From positions 20,274,001 to 20,338,000 of the forward strand of contig NC_043017.1 of assembly GCF_006345805.1 (NCBI RefSeq): a DNA stretch of 64,000 nucleotides. The letters are read 5' to 3'. Source of the stretch: Octopus sinensis (lineage: Eukaryota). Shown one piece after another: positions 27,403 to 39,213 of the stretch (position 1 is the first letter of the stretch; the number at the start of each line of letters is the position of its first letter). The notes below the pieces were generated by a model. That model ran no database searches and was not told where the DNA came from. It worked only from the letters and a program-made list of their open reading frames with translations. Position numbers and translations under genes: made by a program.

Positions 27403-27404
<2 letters not shown>
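27271..27404. repeat. Near-perfect hairpin made from a family E tail
   Basis: Arms 27271-27328 and 27346-27404 differ by one substitution and one indel; 17-nt loop. Confidence 0.95.
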
Positions 27405-27461
<57 letters not shown>

Positions 27462-27486
27462 TATAGTAATAGTAGCAATAGTATCA

Positions 27487-27723
27487 ATCCTTTTTATTAT
27501 AGGCATGAGGCCTGAAATTTGGTGGGAGGGGACTATTCAATTACATTGACCCCAGTCCTCAACTGGTATTTACTTTTATCAACCCCAAAAGGAGGGAAGG
27601 CAAAGTTGACCTCAGCAGAACTTGAACTTAGAATGTAGTGACGGGTGAAACAGCGCTAAGCATTTCATCCAGCATAGTAACAGTTCTGCCAGCTCGCTTC
27701 TTTAATAACAACAACAACAATAA

Positions 27724-27777
<54 letters not shown>

Positions 27778-27996
27778 CCTTTCTGCTATAGGCACAAGGG
27801 CTGAAATTTGGGAGTAGGGGACTAGTTGATTATGTCCACCCCAGTGTTTCACTGGTACTTAATTTATCAACTCCGAAAGGATGAAGGGCAAAGTCCACCT
27901 TGGTGGAATTTGAACACAGAATGTAGCCATGGGCCAAACACTGCTGAGCATTTTATTTTGTTCAGTGAGCTAACGATTCTGCCAGCTCACTGCCTT
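27487..27996 (-). mobile_element. Two tandem SINE B copies (27487-27702 and 27776-27996)
   Basis: Family B sequence separated by (AAT)n. Confidence 0.85.
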
Positions 27997-28216
27997 AAGA
28001 TAATAATAATGATAATAAAACAAACTAGACTTTAAACCCTAGAAATAAACTTGAGTCAATCCTTAAACTTTCCTCTTCTTTCTCTCAATCGACAAGGGAA
28101 CCAAAAATATATTTATAACCAAAAAATAAAAATAAAAGTTCTTTTACTAAAATTTCTCCTGAATTTCAGTTTTTTAAAATATTTATTTAATTTATTTATT
28201 TTGGCAACAAAACACT

Positions 28217-28562
28217 GTTTTCATTCATAAAATGTGACAAACCCTATAAAATAAAGAATCAAATACAAAAACAGGACAAAAAAAAACAAAACAAAACAAA
28301 ATAGGGTGACATTCCTCTTCAAAGAGTAATGAGTAATGAATAAGGGAATAAGAGTGATTCATAAAGTGTCCCAGAGATATAAAATTGCAGGAATTTCCTA
28401 TTTTACCCTGGCAACCTATGGGAACATCAACATGTTGGCATTCTTATGCATAGTAAACATGTTGGAATGGACGGCCAGATGACAACACAAACACACTCAC
28501 AGCAGAATACCAGATGGTCGTCAGGTGTGTATGTATGTGTATGCATGTGTGTATGTGTGCAT
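28217..28562 (-). repeat. Right arm of long inverted repeat
   Basis: Reverse complement of 26077-26419. Confidence 0.95.
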
Positions 28563-28782
28563 ACGCACACATATTTTATTGCTATATCATGTGTAGGAAT
28601 GGTTGGGTGGTTAAGGTAGTTACTTTGTAGTCACATGGTTTCAGGTTCAGTCCTGCTGCACAGCACACTGAGCTAGTGTCTTCCATGGGAGACAAATGTT
28701 GACTGCCTATTGTGTGGATTTTGTAGCTGTAATTACACACACACTCACTAAGCTCATTACACACACACACATATATGCATAT

Positions 28783-29091
28783 CATGTGATCATGTGACTG
28801 ACCAGGCAATCAGATGTTGCTACACAACGCTGGCCACAATGCGCTTCGCATTGTTTTAGCCTTCAAGTGACGCCACCCCGCTGGGTAAGCGAGCAGGCCA
28901 ACAGAAGAAAGAGTGAGAGAAAATTGTGGCGAAAGAGTACAGCAAGGATCGCCACCATCCCCTGCCGGAGCCTTGTGGAGCTTTAGGTGTTTTCGCTCAA
29001 TAAACACTCACAATGCCCGGTCTGGGAATCGAAACCACGAACCTACGACCGCGAGTCCTCTGCCCTAACCACTGGGCCATTGCGCCTCCAC
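28783..29091 (-). mobile_element. SINE family D, full length
   Basis: Reverse complement of 51349-51641; flanked by ATATGCATAT at 28773-28782 and 29092-29101 (probable TSD). Confidence 0.92.
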
Positions 29092-29621
29092 ATATGCATA
29101 TATAGATGCAAATAATTAGAAAATGGAGAAAAACACAGGTTAACCAACACATTGATTGGACTACATTTATGGATTATTTTTTTTATACAAAGCATGACAT
29201 AGCACTTGTGTGTCACCCTTGGGAAAGCATCTATACATTTTTAAGCACCATTGAAGCTCTGAAGTTATACACAAGCATTCAATTATGAGTGCATTGCATC
29301 TTGTAGCAGAAACAGCTGTAAGCTAATGAAGTTCATGACATAATTTCTTATTCCCTTGTCATTTTAATTTCTTACACATACACACACCACACACACACAC
29401 ATACATACACATGTCCTCATTGTCCTCATTACAGCTTTCCAAGTCATGTCTTTGTTTATTTACATCCACTTAACATTATAGTTTGATAAGAGGGATCAAC
29501 TGAACGAAAGGGGACCAGACTTAAAGACAATAAATCGTCAGGTTAGTTTCTTTGATTAAACACCTGAAGCAGGGTGCCCAAACATGGCCACGGTCAAATG
29601 ATAATAACAAGTATTCATAAG

Positions 29622-29797
29622 ATTCTTTTATTCTTTTACTTGTTTCAGTCATTTGACTGTACCCATGCTGGAGCACCGCTTTAAATCGGCCTGAGGTTAT
29701 AGTAGAAGACACTTGCCCGAGATGCCATGCAGTGAGACTGAACCAGGAACCATGTGGTCAGGAAGCAAGCTTTTTACCACACACCCATACACGCACC
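29622..29797 (-). mobile_element. SINE family A with internal deletion
   Basis: Tail joined directly to head at ~29685. Confidence 0.8.
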
Positions 29798-29964
29798 TGT
29801 ATATCCATATATGTACATGTATGTGTTGGGTTTCTTCCAGACACATCACTGAAGCTAGGGATCTTACTACTTTGCTTTACTGCATGTGTGTGTGTTCGCA
29901 CATGTATGCATGTGTGTCTGTATCTTTTTTCTTGTCTCTTCCACCAACTGTTTGACAACAGATG

Positions 29965-30475
29965 GAGTACGGGATTCAAGCCTCTTCTCCTTATCTCCTC
30001 AAAGACATACATCATCTCGAAAGAGTCCAGAAGCTGGCTACCCGCATGGTTCTTGGTCTAAGCTTTGTCTTATGAAGAAAGGCTGAAGACGCTCGACCTT
30101 TATTCTCTAGAAAAACACTGCCGCCGTGGTGATCTCATTCTTGCTCACAACATCATAAGCGGAAAGCGTAACCTCTCGAAAGAGCTGTTCTTCACTCCTG
30201 CTCCAGAACGTTGGCTGCAGGGTCACTCCAAAAAGCTCTATCTGCGACGATTTCATCTCAATCGAAGGAGAGGGGCTTTCTCCGTCCAGGTTGCAGATCC
30301 ATGGAATAAGCTGCCAGACGAGTTAGTGAAGATGCCGACAACCGCTCGGTTCAAAGTCTCCCTTGACCACAAATGGCCTGAACTCTTTGCATGAACACCA
30401 CCCTGTACATAACTCCATGTCCCCCTACATGGCCTTGCTTTTTGAGCCAAAAAATTAACTTAACTTAATTTACTT
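29965..30475 (+). mobile_element. CR1-type LINE 3' end (ORF2 C-terminus with frameshift, 3' UTR, (TTAAC)n tail) inserted in a SINE A
   Basis: EYGIQASSPYLLKDIHHLERVQKLATRMVLGL/SYEERLKTLDLYSLEK..RGDLI...GHSKKL...WNKLP are hallmark CR1 C-terminal motifs; stop at 30394; 3' stem-loop CCATGT-CCCCCT-ACATGG; host SINE A pieces at ~29910-29964 and 30476-30632. Confidence 0.95.
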
Positions 30476-31567
30476 GCATCCCTGTAACTTAGCAGACTGG
30501 CCAAAAGGAACTGACAGAATAAATAACGGAATTAAAGCAAATGCAGGGATCGATGTAATTGAACTAAACCCTTCCGGGTGGTGCCCCAACTTAGCCACAG
30601 TCTAATGACTGAAATAAACAAGCAAATAAAAGAAAGTTTGTACGTGTGTGTTTGTGTATATGCTTATATGAGTATTCTTATATATTTATTCAAAAATATA
30701 TATACATGCATGTGAGCAAGTGTGTGTGTGTATATATATATGCACACGTTTATGTTGATACCCATATATACATATGTATATGTGTGTATGTGTTTCTATG
30801 TATATGAGCATGTGTTTGTATGAGTGGGTGAGGTGGATTTTGTTATTTTCTTTCTCTTTGCCATATAGGGGTTACAAATTCTGTTTGTTTGTGGAGACTT
30901 TTTTATTAGTAGGAGAAATAGTGATCTATTTGGCTGCTATTTCTAATATTTTCGGTATGTGGTTTTGAGCAACTTGTTGCAATTAACCCTTTATTAAATA
31001 TATATATATATATATATATACACATGCATGTGTGTGTGGCTATATGCATGTGTAAATGTGTGTGTGTGTGTGTATGCATATGTGTGATCATACATATACA
31101 CATATTTCCTGTAAAATAACTAAAACAGATTATCTGAGGAAGCTTCCTTTAATCTCAAAATTTAGTTTACGGGGAAGTTGTATCTCATTTCAATTGAACT
31201 CATTCTCCCCATCCAAGAACCAGTGGACTCACCCACTCCAAGAATCTCTAAACTCAAAGACATACGAATGACCAAACTTGGCATCGATGCTCTTCATTTC
31301 ATGCCTCGTTGTTTGGTTTCTAAGAGATGATGCATATACTACACTCTCGCCCTCTATATACACCCACCCACACATGCATATATAAATGCAGATAATATAT
31401 ACATACATTCCTCTCTATATATTTGTGTGTGTGTGTGCATATATATGTTGATATATATATAGAAAATATATATATATATATATGCATAATATATACACAT
31501 ATGGATATATAGAAATGTGTCTATGGTCTTCTTTTCATTTATTATATAATATATAATAATATATGTA

Positions 31568-31602
<35 letters not shown>

Positions 31603-32455
31603 ATGTATATATATATATATTTATATATATACAGAGAGAAAGGGAGAGTGAGAGGAGAGTGAGAGAGAGAGAAAGAGAGAGATGCCTGTGTGTGTAGTGT
31701 CATTTGTATATATATAGTGTGTGAAGAGCATCTATACTTATGTATATATACATGAGTTGAAATATATATGTATATGCATATATATATATATATAAAATAT
31801 ATAGATATATGTGAATGTGTGTGTGTGTATATACATATATATATATATATACACACACATATTTTCATATACACACACATCTGTAGATATACATGCAACA
31901 TACACACATACATGTACACAGAAATATATACAAACGCTTAGTCGCACAAGCACCCCTTACACACACACTCACACACACATGCACGCATGCACACACACAC
32001 ACAAGTATACACACACACACTCGAACATATACACCAATATATACATTTTAAACAGCCCAGCCTTTCCCAAGAATCCGATCGAGGATGTGTAAAAGAAGGA
32101 CGTAGAATCTAACATGAAGAATATTACTATGAAATGATTAGAATTTGGTAGAATCTGTTCGATGTCTGGAATTTCCTTTTGGCAACATTAGTAATCGTAA
32201 TAGACTGATCAAAGACTTAAATTGTTTGCGGGGGTTTTAATGGATTTTATTTTATTTTACTTTATTTTCAGAGGGGGGGGGTGTAGTATGCGTGTGCATG
32301 TTTGTGTGTGTGATTGTATGCAGGTGTATGTGTATCTATCTATCTATCTATCTATTTATCTATTTATCTATCTATCTATCTATCTATTTATCTATCTATC
32401 TGTCTGTCTATCATCTATCTGTCTATCATCTATCTGTCTATCATCTATCTATCTG

Positions 32456-32488
<33 letters not shown>

Positions 32489-32572
32489 ATATATATATAT
32501 ATATATATATGTGAGTGTATATATGCACACACACACACACATATATATACATGTATATGTGTGTGTGCGTAA

Positions 32573-32608
<36 letters not shown>

Positions 32609-32684
32609 TCATCATCATCATCACCGTTTAACGTCCGCTTTCCATGCTAACATAAATATAGGTGAGTGTGTATAAGTTTAAGTG

Positions 32685-32728
<44 letters not shown>

Positions 32729-34272
32729 ATGAGAGATAAGAAAAAGATAAGATTGAGAAAAAAAGGGGGAGAATGAGAGGAAGTAAATGAGGAAAAGAAG
32801 GATTTGTGGGGAAGCTTCATAATTTTGTTATTAGCATTGAAGTAAAAACCATTTTACTGCTGTGGAGTAACAACAACAACAACAACAAAAAGACAAAGAA
32901 TTTCTACAATGCAAATAATAACAACAACAAAAAATGGAATAAATAAATTATTGAAAAAAATAAAACTGACACAAAAATGAATAAATAAATAAAATAAAAA
33001 ATAAGCGAACGATAGAATGAAAAATGGATTGGAATTATAACATATTGCAAGAATTCTGTCAGAACTGAGTTCACAAACTGGATTTTGTTTGATCAGTGCT
33101 AAAACAAAGAGATCTCAACCCAAAGATCCTTGTAGTTAATCTTGGCCGACAAATATTGCAAAAAGAGTTTTGCCTTTTTCTGTTTTGTTTTTTTTATTAG
33201 AAAGATGAAAAGAAACTGAAAAATGGGACCCTGCTAAAAGAAATAAAATAAAATGAAGGGAGGTGGGATAAAGGAAAAAAAAGAAAAAAAGGACCAAAAA
33301 TTGGAATCCCAATGAAATATAAATTTCTGTGTTTGGATCAGAAAAATTAAATATACAAAAAAAATGAAGTTGAATTCCAGAGAATTAAAATTCAGGAATT
33401 TGTTCTTGTCCCTCTTCTATCCCTTCCTTCCTCTTAAAATGTTGGCTTTGTTTCCCCTAAAGTAACAAAACAATTCGATAAACAAGTGGCTTTCCTTTTG
33501 GAGGGTTTAGGGAGTCAGTTGTTGGGTGAAGGGGATGAGAGAAGAGGTGGGGAAAGAAAAAGGAGGGTAAAAATGTTAAATAGAATTAAATAAGGAAAAA
33601 ATGTTATAACCATTGTAGTAAGGACAAAAAAATATATTTAAAAAAAATTTAATTTAATTTAATAAAAAACCCAAAAATGAAAAAAAATATAAAAAGAAGT
33701 CATCGACCGATTCTGGGATGAAAGAAACCCAAACAATTTGTTGCTGAAAATTTGGTGTAATATCTCTAAAATTTTTAATATTTGTTTCAAGACCGCCTTC
33801 AACAAGAGCAACAAAAGCAACAGCAACAATAAAAAACAATCAAAACAATAACACAATACGTTCAACAACTGTGAACTCTTCCAAAGTATTATACAAGAAA
33901 AATATTTGTTAAATAAGAATTTATAAAAAAAATACAAAAAATAATAGTAAATAGTAAAATAAAATAAAGAATTTGAGAAAATATGAGAATCTATAGATTG
34001 TTGTTGGTGCTTTTGGATATGCATTGCCTTCTTCATGGTTTATTTTCTCTGGATTTTGAAATAAATGCCTAAATTCTCCCCCTTGTTCTCTCCTTTGCCG
34101 CAAGTCTCTCTTCATGTAAGAGATTTGTAACCGAAATCACTGGAGCGTGGAAAGTTGAAAAGCACATTGTTTTGTCTGCTCCGCTGCTTAAATTCAACAT
34201 GGCTCACCTGTTTGGTATTCAATCAGTAATGATGGAACTGGAATTTTTCAGAACTATTCTAATAAAGCACCT

Positions 34273-34317
<45 letters not shown>

Positions 34318-35237
34318 ACAAGCATACATACACACATAAATATTATATTTTCAATCAGTGGATGGTTCCATGAAACTCAATGTCTGTGAGTAAACCAAAC
34401 CTACATATATGTGTGTGTGATATATATATAATATACATACATACATATTTATATGTATATCTGTGCATGTGTACATGTATATATGTATATATAAACATAT
34501 ATATATGTGTGTGTGTGTGTGTGTATGCATATATATGGATATATGTGCATATGTATATAAGTATGTGAGTGTGTGCATGTATGTGTGTGTAATTTGGAAG
34601 ATGGCTCTTGTGGGTGAATCATCCCATTCAGTTTACTGTTAAACACTCATGCAAAGAATATGCTGCCAATGTTAAAATATAAATTAACTCTATATTAAAT
34701 TATGTATTGAGCACTCTATTTAATAGGCACATTCATAGTAATATAACAAGGAATCTCTCTATCTATCTATGTATCTATCTATCTATCTATCCATCCATCT
34801 ATCTATCATTGATGTTGTTTCCCTCACAACTCATGCCTCTAGCACCCTGTTCCTCTTCTGGTCATTTCAGTATGTGGTGACCTCTAATTGAGACAAGCTG
34901 CTTCTTTTCTCTCTCCATTTTTTTTTACTTCTTCCAGTTTATTCTTTGCATAGAAGAGCATATGTTGAAAAAATATAACACTTCTTCAAATGTTTAAAAA
35001 CATCAACCTAATATATCTTCTTTGTGTTTTTTTTTACTTTGTCTTCATTTTGTATATATATATATATAGTTACAACACTGAGGATTCACTTGTCCAGTCA
35101 ACTGAGGTACTTGCCCTTGAATGAACATATATGTGGCTGAGTGTTCCACAGACAAGTGTACCTTCAACATAGGCAGAATGAGCATGACACAATCTGTGTC
35201 AAGCCTGCAGCCTTGAATTACAAGAAAGAAATCCAGC

Positions 35238-35800
35238 AGGCTTTGATACAGTTTCTGTCTATCCTTTTTCACTCATATGGCCATAGAAAATATCTATTGC
35301 TCAAGATACCATGCATTCAGATTGGACCTGGGAATCTCAGCGATGTGACGTGATCTTCTTAACCATGCAGCCACAAGAGGCTTCCATACAGTTTCTGTTA
35401 ACCAAATTTCACTCACACAGCATGGATTATCTCAGTGCTATAGAAATGACTTTTACTCAAGATGCCATGCTGTGAGATGGAACCTGGGCACTTATAGTTC
35501 AAAAGTAAACTTAATCATTCAATCATGAGAGGCTTCCATACAGTTTCTGTTAACCAAATTTCACTCACGCAGCATGGATTAGCCCAGTGCTATAGAAATG
35601 ACTTTTACTCAAGATGCCATATTGTGGGATGGAACCTGGGCACTTATGGTTCAAAAGTAACCTTAATCATTCATTCATGAGAGGCTTCCATACAGTTTCT
35701 ATGTACTAAATCCCACTGAGGAACTTGTTAATCTGAGATTATGAAAAAGAAGACTCTTACCCTAGGTTTCACACATGAATCTAAACCCCAACCAAATATC
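35238..35800 (-). repeat. Tandem array of degenerate SINE A heads, 152-bp period
   Basis: GAGGCTTCCATACAGTTTCT at 35377, 35529 and 35681; more diverged unit at 35238. Confidence 0.85.
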
Positions 35801-36208
35801 TACAATTTAAATAGATTTTTCTAAACAAGCCAGCAATTTATTTGCCATCAAAATATATTAATTTTAGAGAGAATTCAACTTTATTTGTTTTTCTCCAAAA
35901 AATCTTGATTCTATCTATTACAGCATTTTTACAGCAATAAATGCAGGAAAAAATGAGCAACGAGGAAAAAAAAATAACACAATAGATTTTTTTTATTTTG
36001 ATGTTTTTCTCACATATTGAAAATTAATTCATGAAATTTTTTAAAGAAGAATCTATTGAATTATAAATCCATTCACAGTTCTGGCTAGGATTTGTTGTTA
36101 TTGCTGTTGTTGTTTGTGGTGGTTATGTGTGTGTGTGTTTGTTTTGTTTTGTGTGTGTTTGTTTATGAATGTAAGTGATGGCTGTCTGTGCTGGAAAAAT
36201 TTGATGAA

Positions 36209-36606
36209 TCTATATATATAGAAGTCAAGTTGTGTGTCTGTCTCCTACGATTTAGATTCCTAACTACTCCCACATTTTGCGGTGCAGTTTAACCAAAACC
36301 ACGTATCTTATAGTCGTGATTCATATCGAGCCCTTCTGGGTATTAGCACGTGTCTACGATGAGTCTACGATTTAAAAAAAAATTTACCATAATTTTTTTC
36401 CATTTTAATGCATTTTTTCGCTATTATATAAGGGAAGTAATTCTCTAAAAATGTCTACGATGAGTCAACGATTTAAAAAAAAATTTACCATAATTTTTTA
36501 TCCATTTTTAGTGCATTTTTTTGCTATTTTTTGGCTATAACTCTCTAAAAATGCTTATATAGTTATTTCCCTTACAAACCTGAGCAACGCCGGGCGATAC
36601 TACTAG
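36209..36606 (+). mobile_element. Non-autonomous Helitron
   Basis: A|TCTATATATA 5' end; 3' hairpin CCTGAGCAACGCCGGG (36579-36594) then CTAG|T; internal ~101-bp tandem duplication at 36351 and 36452. Confidence 0.85.
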
Positions 36607-36647
36607 TTATATATAAAATTAAAACTATTATCATTCTTGATATTGGT

Positions 36648-37140
36648 AAGGCAGTGAGCTGGCAGAATTGTCCGCAGACCGGGAATAGTGCCAAGCAGCA
36701 TTTTGTCCATCAAATTCTGCCAAGGTCAAATTTGTCTTCCCTCTTTCTGGGGTTGATAAAATAGGTACCTGTCATACACTGGAGTTGATGTAATCAACAA
36801 GCTCCTTCCTGATAAATTTCAGGCCTTGTGCCTATAATAGAAAAAATTCTTGTTGTTGCTGTTGTTCTTCTTATTATTATTAATTATTATTATTAATATT
36901 ACAATTAAGGCGACGAGCTGGCAGAATCGTTAGCATGCCAGGCGAAATGCTTAGCGGTATTTGTCTGCCGCTACGTTCTAAGTTCAAATTCCACCAAGGT
37001 CGACTTTGCCTTTCATCCTTTTGGGGGCGATGAAATAAGTACCAGTTATGCACTGGGGTCGAGGTAACTGACTAGCTCCCTTCGCCCCAAAATTTTCAAA
37101 GCCTTGTGCCTAGAGTAGAGAAGATTATTATTATTATTAC

Positions 37141-37176
<36 letters not shown>

Positions 37177-37390
37177 CATTATTATTATTTAGCTGGTGAA
37201 CTGGCAGAATTGTCATTGCTTAGGATGAAATGTTTAACAGCATTTTTTTCCAGCTTTTACACTCTCAGTTCATCTTCTACCAAATTCAACTTTGTCCTTC
37301 ATCCTTTCAGGGTCACGTATTGGGGGTTGATAATATCGACTGTCACCCTCCCCTAAAATTGCTGACCTTGTGTATAGAGTAGAAAAGAAT
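36648..37390 (+). mobile_element. Three tandem SINE B copies (36648-36848, 36907-37123, 37191-37390)
   Basis: Head-to-tail copies separated by (ATT)n. Confidence 0.88.
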
Positions 37391-38533
37391 ATGTCCATGT
37401 AGAACAAATGTGAACTGAGATACAGAGGTTCTGAGCAGACAGACAGAATTTCACTTTTATTACTATAGATTTGAAGGAAATATTTAAAGTGTGATTTGGA
37501 CAAACAAGAACGATATAGCTGTAATTTCTAGCAAGTTTAGTGACCACATAAAAGGCCTTGTCCCTGTCCCTGTCTCTCAGTGGTTCATTAAATGATTGTG
37601 AAATGAAGCAAAACTGTAAATGACATTAAAACTCTAAACAGTGACTCAATAATTGAGACATTATAACGAAGATGAAAAACTTGACCAAGGACACATTCAA
37701 TACATTCCTCTGAGTCACTGGTCAGAGAAAATTCTTTGTGTTTTTCTGACTGACCAAGACGTGCTTCTGTAGTAACAGGCATCTGACAGCTGTGACCTAC
37801 GGGTTTCCCAATGGACACATTGATACCGATATCAATGCGAATGGACCAACGATGATGATGATAATAATAGTGGTGACGAGGATGAAGCCGAATGTAATAT
37901 AATATTCCAAGAAAAATATTCTCCATGATCAGAATCCTAGGACTTGAATTCCATTCTCTTAGTCACAGACATTATAATTTAGTGGGCTGGAATAGAATAT
38001 TTGCCAAAGAGAATTTCTTTGGCCGTGGAACTTCCAAAGTGATTCTACAGGGGTAGATGTCATCATCATCATCATCATCATCATCATTATAATGATTGTT
38101 GTTGCCATTGTTTTACCGTCCATTTTTTCCATGCTTGCATGGGTCGGGTGGATTTTGTTGAGGCAGATTTTCTATAGCTGGATGCTGATCCTGCAGCCAA
38201 CCCTGACCTGTTTCCAAATAAGGTAATATGTTCTTATGGCCAGACATGTTTTTCAAAGAAGACTGGCAGTGAACATCTCTTGTATGATGATGAAGCTAGC
38301 TTATGACAAATACAAGGAGACACACACACACACACATACAGAGAGAGAAAGAGAGAAAACCCTGTTGTGTATGTGCGTGCGCATGTGTGTGTGGGGGGGC
38401 TTTTTACATGCCACCAGCACAGAAGCCAGTCAAGGCAGCGGTGGCATTAGCTATGTTCGGATGGTGCTTTTTACATGCCACCGGCACAGGTATCACAACT
38501 TAAATTTCCATTTGATTTTCTGATGTTGATGTA

Positions 38534-38589
<56 letters not shown>

Positions 38590-38596
38590 TTATATA

Positions 38597-38810
38597 TAAC
38601 GGGAAGGTTTACGAAAATAAACAAAGACGAAGGCAGGTGGAGTACAAACCAAACAAACAAAGTATTAGTATGGCGCTCAGGAATAGAAATAGAACAAGTC
38701 TTTTACGTTTCGAGCCTATGCTCTTCGACAGAAAGAATACACAGAAAAAAAACAAGGAGAGAAAAAAAAAGCATGTAGGAGCTAACGATCTAACATGGCG
38801 TTCTGACTTC
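38597..38810 (-). mobile_element. Probable Penelope-like element fragment within (TA)n
   Basis: Contains a minimal hammerhead-like motif and is flanked by TA repeats; family assignment is inference. Confidence 0.5.
38699..38736 (-). ncRNA. Minimal type I hammerhead-ribozyme-like motif
   Basis: TCTTT-CTGTCGA-A-GAGC(ATAG)GCTC-GAAAC-GTA-AAAGA: perfect stems I and II, GUA triplet, core variant CUGUCGA. Confidence 0.6.
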
Positions 38811-38827
38811 CATATATACATATACAT

Positions 38828-39213
38828 ATCTTTTATCTTTTACTTGTGTCAGTCATTAGACAGCAGCCATGCTGGGGCACCACCCTGAAGAATTTGTAAT
38901 CAAATCAACTGACCCCAGTACTTATTTTTTTGCAAAGGCTGCTACTTATTCTATCAGACTCTATTATGGAATTGCTCAGTTACAGGGATGTATATAAACT
39001 AACAAGTAGTGATAGTAGTACACACACACGTACACACACACACACACACACACGTGCACAAGTGTAATGGGTTCTTTCAATTTCCCACTTTTTGTTGATC
39101 ATTTCCATTCACAAGGCTTTCGTCGGCCCAAGGATAGGCAACACACAGTGGGACTGAACCCAAAACCCTGTGGCAGGAAAGCAAACTTCTTACCATACAG
39201 CCACACCTGCACC
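38828..39213 (-). mobile_element. SINE family A, diverged
   Basis: Tail, internal CA tract and head all recognisable. Confidence 0.8.

Noticed and set aside
30065-30394. Host protein-coding gene (109-aa ORF)
   Set aside because: It is the frameshifted, 5'-truncated C-terminus of a CR1-type ORF2.
37588-37926. Coding exon (112-aa minus ORF, or plus-strand acidic stretch)
   Set aside because: No recognisable domain or splice signals; the plus frame has a stop at 37821; the GTCAGAGAAA/TTTTTCTGAC hairpin is too short for a pre-miRNA.
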